NCBI RefSeq assembly: GCF_009914755.1
Contig: NC_060930.1
Direction: 5' to 3' (one strand)
From: the human T2T-CHM13v2.0 reference genome, Homo sapiens
DNA: 64,000 nucleotides
Below the pieces are notes generated by a model. That model searched no databases, was not told where the DNA came from, and was given only the letters and a program-made list of their open reading frames with translations. Positions 58,111-64,000 of this stretch are shown one piece after another (the first letter of the stretch is position 1; each line of letters begins with the position of its first letter). A program made the position numbers and the translations under genes.

Positions 58111-60451
58111 GCATTTGGCGGTTGCTTCTGCCCCATACCTGTGCTTGGTAGAGGAGTGGGCATTGACAAGAGTGTTGACAACAGCTGGGGCTTGGACGTT
58201 GCAGAGGTGCCTGTGAGAAGATTGGGGTCACCTCTGTCTAGTTCAATGTTGATTCGGGGGGTTCTGGGCAAGCCCGTTTGTTGAACTCAGATTGGTGCTA
58301 CCATTAATCAGAGATTCTACTTCTTGTCTTTTGCTACTGTGAGGGCCTGGGCCAAAAAAAAAGATGTGTGCATCTGTAAACTGGAATTCTTTGGGCTGGC
58401 TGGTCTATGAAGATGAGGTGTTTGCACAGCCAGATCCATGGGCTGTGGGGTGGCCTGCCCACTACTCCCTCCCAAGGAAGTACTGCCCCAGAACGAGCCC
58501 TTCCATCTTAAGGGCTTGGATCTCTTCATCCGGTGCTCGTTTCAAAGCTGCCTCTCATGTTAAAATACAGCTAGACTTTGCTAGTTGTAGAGCCCATTCT
58601 TTAGGTAATAAAAATGTGGGAGACAGAGGTTTGTGTGAGAAGCTGTTTGACTCCATTTAGCCAGATGTCCCTGGGGAGAAGCAAAGGCCTCAGGAGTCCC
58701 TGCTGGCACCCCCCCACCCCAGCAGAAATGCCATGGAAGGGAGGCAGGAAGGAGCTAGCTGGCCAGAAAAGAGATTGATTGGGCACAGCCTTCTCCTACC
58801 TTTGAGGTGAAATCACAGGCATTTCACGTGAAGACGCAAGCAGTGGGGGTAAGGCCCTTTCTTAGGACACCAGGATGTGTGCTTATTTCAGAGGCTGATG
58901 AGCGACTGTTCCGACTGTGAGGGGCGGGGGCTCTGGGAAGGTGGGAGATGGGTGGTCCCTGCCTGTGCCACCTTGCATGAAGCACTTGCCTTCAAGTCCT
59001 GGACTTGCCTTCCAGTCCTGGAAGAACCTACAGTAGTTTAATAAAACCTAATACTTCTGATGAGGCCAGCATCTTGGGGTTCACTTGCTGCTTTCTGATT
59101 GATATCTGGGCTTTTCTCTGGATGTCTGTGAGAAAAAGAGGGCAGGTGTGGGTCTGTGATACCTCTGAGAGGGGAAGCAGCTTTTGTAGGACCCTTGCAA
59201 ATTCAGATATTAATCCTGAAAGGAAGCACTTTCCTTTTTAAACTTATCAACCTACTCATATATTGTAATTGGATCTTTCATTTGCAAGTGAAGCCAATGT
59301 GTGTGTGTGTTGGAGAACAGTTAAAAATTGAAGTAACCAATAGACGTTCAACAAAACAAGGTCTTTGATTGCCAGAAAACAACTGCATTACTTACCATTC
59401 TATTCCCAAAGGAAACAAATACAGAAGAACTTTAAACTAAAACAAACAACCCCGACAAATCAAAACTCTTTGAACTGACGTCTGGTGTTAAATTTTCCTT
59501 AGAATATTTAACACTCCTTCTCTTCGCTTAGAGGCTATGAGGCCATCTCTGTATTATACTGTGGGGATCCAGCCATTAAGATTGGAAAAAGATTATTGCT
59601 TTCTTTGCTTTCTGTGGCCCTCATGAATCCTGTAGGGGAATGGCTGAGAACTAAAGCACCACGAGATGGATCTAGAGTAGATGCTTCTAATGACTCTATA
59701 CACTCACGCCAATAACGGAGGAAACTTTCATATCCAGTCCCCCAAAGAAGCTGCCTGATCCTTCCACACTGTGTTGGTGGGGATTGGGCTGGGGATGGGG
59801 AGTGAGTGAGCTGGGCTCAGGGTAGGACTGACCCCAAGCTGCTGTTGCAGATGGCACAGCGATGTCTACATCAGAATCATAAGATGGCTGAAGAGGGCAA
59901 CTGGTATTGGTCTTCTGGGTCTAGAGATAAGCTACGGCCACAGATGGGTCACAGAGACTCTAGCCTTGCCTACACAGTGGTAGGATAAGGGAAAGATTCC
60001 CCTCAAAAGGCTTATGATCTATACAAATTGAGAGCCATATCCATGCAAGCAACTGTAGAACCTCTTAATTCTTGTGGTCGTGGGAAGGGCTTCATGGCCA
60101 TCCTGTGTAGAGCTCTTCATTGTCACTAATGCAGTGGATGACCACCGTCTTGGCATTCGGCAGCCCAGCACAGCCTCAGACCTGTACTGTGAAACTGACG
60201 GCACAAAGTAGTTTTTCTTGATATTCATAGCACTCCACTAGGATCAATACCAAAGTCAGCTACTGACTGACATTTTGGGTGACATCCTGAAGCCACTGCC
60301 ATACCTGTGATTCTCAGGGCTTCTCAAACTGGGATCCCCAGAACTTGGGAGAATGTGACACAACTAAGATTCCATGAAGGCCTAAGGTCAATAGACCATG
60401 TCCAACAGGGAGAATTTTCCTGATGGCCAGGCATTCAAATGTTATTTTTAA

Positions 60452-60757
60452 TTTTTTTTTTTTTTTTTTTTTTTTGAGACAGAGTCTCGCTCTTCTCGCC
60501 CAGGCTGGAGTGCAGTGGTGCAATCTTGGCTCACCGCAACCTCTGCCTCCCGGCATCAAGCGATTCTCTTGCCTCAGCCTCCTGAGTAGCTGGGATTACA
60601 GGTGCATGCCACCACGCCCAGCTAATTTTGTATTTTTATTAGAGACAGGGTTTCTCCATGTTGGTCAGGCTGGTCCCGAACTCCCGACCTCAGGAGATCT
60701 GCCTGCCTCGGCCTCCCAATGTGCTGAGATTACAGCCGTGAGCCACCATGCCCAGCC
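60452..60757 (-). mobile_element. AluSp/Sq-type Alu
   Basis: Has 'ggctcaccgcaacctc', 'gtttctccatgttggtcaggctgg' and 'ctcccgacctcagg'. TTTTAATTTT is present in both flanks. Confidence 0.93.
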
Positions 60758-63324
60758 TACTTTTAATTTTTAAACAAACATCAAAATATTATGGAGTAGT
60801 CTACAAAATGTAAATGCAATTTTGAGATAAAAATGAAGATTAGGAATGAATTTCCACGCTCCAGGCTTCTGGGCTGGGGGGATTCATTCTCTCTGCTGTT
60901 AGATAGACTTTGGTGAGAAGTTGGAAGAAAACTTAGTTAAGTGACAGAGTGATTCAGCATTTCTGTGAAACAAACAACACAAACTCTTTGAAATGGAGTG
61001 GCCCCAGGATAGCTTAAAGAGTTTACTTTGCACCTGAGAGAGTCCTGATGGATTTAGGGTACCCCGCTTGGGGGCACAGATGCTGGCAGCCTTGCACCAG
61101 CATCTGACAGCAAAATCCCTTTCTTGACTCCATGTCAAGTGGCATTTCCTGGGGCTTCCTGATTTGATGACACCCAGGATGTCAGGCAGGATCCTGGAAG
61201 GCAGGAAGCCAGAGTCTCTGAAATATTGGATGCTTGCTGTGGGCAGCAGAAATCTCGAACTGAAGGTGGTGATGTTGTCTGGTTTGTCTTGAAAGTTAGT
61301 GTAAATGCTTTATAAAGGTTCTTTGGGCTTCCACGATTCATGACATTAATAATTGGCATTGATTAGCTCAGGGGAGATCAAGGTCCTTTCCCTTTCTTTT
61401 TCTTTCTCTTTTTCATCCTTTTTTTCCTGCTTTTAAGACCTCTTCTTCCAATCCCTGAAAATGCAGCAAGAGTTTACTGACTGCAGGGGTTGGCTGAGGG
61501 GTGCTCCTCTGGCATCTGTGGAGGAAGCAGTGTGTTGCTGTCCTTAGTGTGCTGGCCACATGCTTGACTCCTCATCAGGGGTCTTTCCCAGAGCACTAGA
61601 CACTTACACATTTAAGAGGAATAGTGCACTGAGCAGATCTTGATGGGACAGATGGTGCTGACGCCCTCTGAAGAGCAGTCGGGTCCTTGGGAACTGTGCC
61701 AGCTTCTCTGTAAGCGGGGCACATGCACATCTTGCCAGGGCGTCCTGGTGCTGCCCACCACATCCTTCGCCAGTGTGATTTGGGAGGCACCAAGAGGACC
61801 TTCCCCTGGAGAAGGTGTGATGCTTGTGCCACACATGGCTACTGGTGACACCAACTCTGCAACCACCATGAGCTTCTCAACAAGAGCTGCTACGGAGAGA
61901 GCTAGGGCTACCGATCCGACAGATGGGGTGCGAATTCTGGCTTCGGCTTCCTGCTGTCTGGTTTTGAGATGTTCCCTTAGCCTTTCTGAGCCTCACTTCT
62001 TTGGTCAGCAGATGGGCTGTGATTGGGTGCCTTCAAGGATGGCTGCCAAGTGCCCTTTCTCCTTACTGTTAACTAGCTGGGCCTAACCAAGTATCACAGA
62101 AAACCAGTACATAGTTACAAGTACTGAGGCTGCTTATGGGAGAGAAAATATGGCATTAAAGAGGGACTTTACGTAAGTATTGCAAATATTGGGTATGTAG
62201 AAGAAGAGTACTGTAAATCAATTCAAAGGTGTTTCAGGAGGGTTATGTGTCAGAACTTGCACAGGAAGAACGAGCCTGTGGTGGATGCAGGCTCGGGTGG
62301 CGTTTGCTGGAGCTCACCAACTTTGGAGATGTCAGGCAGCACCGGGCCTGGGCATGAGCTGGGGTCAGGGAGTTCAGATGCAGAGTATGGCCAACAAAGC
62401 TGATGTCCTGCCCCCATCTGGCTATCAGCAGCTGACCTTCACTGCTCCCGGACACACATTCTCACCCCTTTCCCTGCCCTCTCTTTCTTCTTCCTCTCAG
62501 GCTTCTCACCTCTTCCTTATCAAGCTTCTTCATCAGGAGTGCACAAAAGGCCTGGTCCTGATGGAGGTGGGAGGCCAGGTGAAAACACACCCTGGCCAGG
62601 TGCTTCTGGTGCACACTGAACTTTGAGCACCATGGCTCCGGCCTAAATGGCTGGACACCCCCTGACCCCCACCCCCGGCGTGCAGATTGGTGTCCACAGT
62701 TATAATGGAGGCTGGTGCTGGGGATGGTGGGGCAGCTGCCTGGGGTAAGGTGGGTATTTGAAGGCCTGTGAGCATCAGGCCTGCTCTTTCAGGTCACGGG
62801 GATAGAGATCAGGACCATCTTTGTGAAGCTGGTGGTCAGCGCAGTGGGGTGTCAGATCGGTCAGTGGGACAAACCAGACAAATTGCGGCTCTTCAAGGCT
62901 GTAGATGGAGTGAAACCTCACATTCTGCTGGGAAGTGAGCATGTCCTGCCAGGCAAGACCTGGGCCAACAGAAAGTAGCCGCCAGACAGCTGTGGTCATG
63001 CGTTCTTTTACACCAATGAAGAGAGGGATTTCGAGTGACTGATAATTGCTAGATGTTGATGAAGATGAATAACGCTCTTCATCTGGCTATAGGCAACCTC
63101 ATATTTGAAAAGATTTTCAATGTAAAGGGTCCTTGGCAATAAGCCCTCTCTTTTGCTCACATTTGGTTCTTTGAAACATTTTTTTTTTTAGTGCCCCTGT
63201 ATGCAAGGCCTGGTGGTAAGCTCTGTGATACATTCACGGCTCCCATTCTGAAGGGGGTTACCCACTCAGGTAGTGAATCTAGTAAGTGAGGGATTTCATT
63301 TTTGTCAGGCCCACAAACACAACT

Positions 63325-63500
63325 AGTGTGCTTAATACAGCATATGTCAGGTATGGCACCGAACGCTTTACATGGTTATATTACAAAGTGCATATGCTGT
63401 GCACTATTTTACAGAAGAAACTGAAATTCAGAGAGGTCTAAGCCACATAGCCTGTAATAGATTCGATTCAGACTTTGACTTCAGAGCCTGTGACTTCAAG
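63325..63500 (-). mobile_element. MIR
   Basis: 'ctattttacagaagaaactgaaattcagagagg...gactttgacttcagagcctgtg'. Confidence 0.65.
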
Positions 63501-64000
63501 CCCAATTCAGAAGCTACCAAGTTTAACTAGCATAGAATGGGTAAAACATCATATTGAATTTTAGATTATTTTCTTTGTAAAAAGAAGAGATTTTGATTCT
63601 ATACAACTTCAGAATATTTGCCAATTTGCAAAGCCAGTGGCACAAATCCGGAGAAATACTTGAATCCTGTCTGGTTTCTGAGGTCTACTGCAATCTGGAT
63701 GGTAATTGTTTCACCCAGGGGACCTGCCAAGTGGGTGACATATCATTAGTTGCCGCAGGTCTTCTGTTATCAGCCAGTTCTGAGTGCAATTCACCTGATT
63801 ACGTTGTACCAACAGCAGTTGAGGGAATGTGTCCAGCCAAGTTTGAAGTACATTCAGCGCTGGTGGATGCAAGCTCCATTACCCTTGGCAGTTGTGACTT
63901 CCTGTTTTCAAGATAAAAGACTTACACAGATTTATTAGAGAATTTCAGAAGGCTTTGGTGAGGCTATCACATACAGCCCAGAGAGAACACTTAAATAGTT

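Overview
Primate (almost certainly human) genomic DNA covering the 5' end of FNDC1 (fibronectin type III domain containing 1, also called AGS8; human 6q25.3 from recall) on the + strand. About 20 kb of transposon-rich upstream DNA is followed by a CpG-island promoter (~20.2-22.0 kb) and four coding exons: 21212-21320, 49038-49232, 51603-51689 and 52120-52188. These splice in frame through GT-AG introns to give a signal peptide, the first FN3 domain and a linker ([10 protein letters not shown]...AAAS|[11 protein letters not shown]...EDV|EPGVVYF...SPP|[23 protein letters not shown]). The gene continues beyond the window. The rest is Alu, L1, L2, MIR, MaLR/ERVL LTR and hAT/Tigger remnants, and nearly all ORFs in the supplied track are spurious. 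I found no prokaryote-type system and no convincing new gene. The best-supported unusual signals are four locally templated rearrangements in the upstream 13.6 kb: an inverted 92-bp insert inside an Alu copied from ~750 bp away, a 164-bp near-perfect tandem duplication, a duplicated MST LTR end, and a scrambled duplicate with an inversion. I also noted a CpG-undepleted 246-bp segment that coincides with an antisense ORF in intron 4, and possible routes to a signal-peptide-less FNDC1 isoform. Repeat subfamily names and old-repeat boundaries were called by eye and are approximate.
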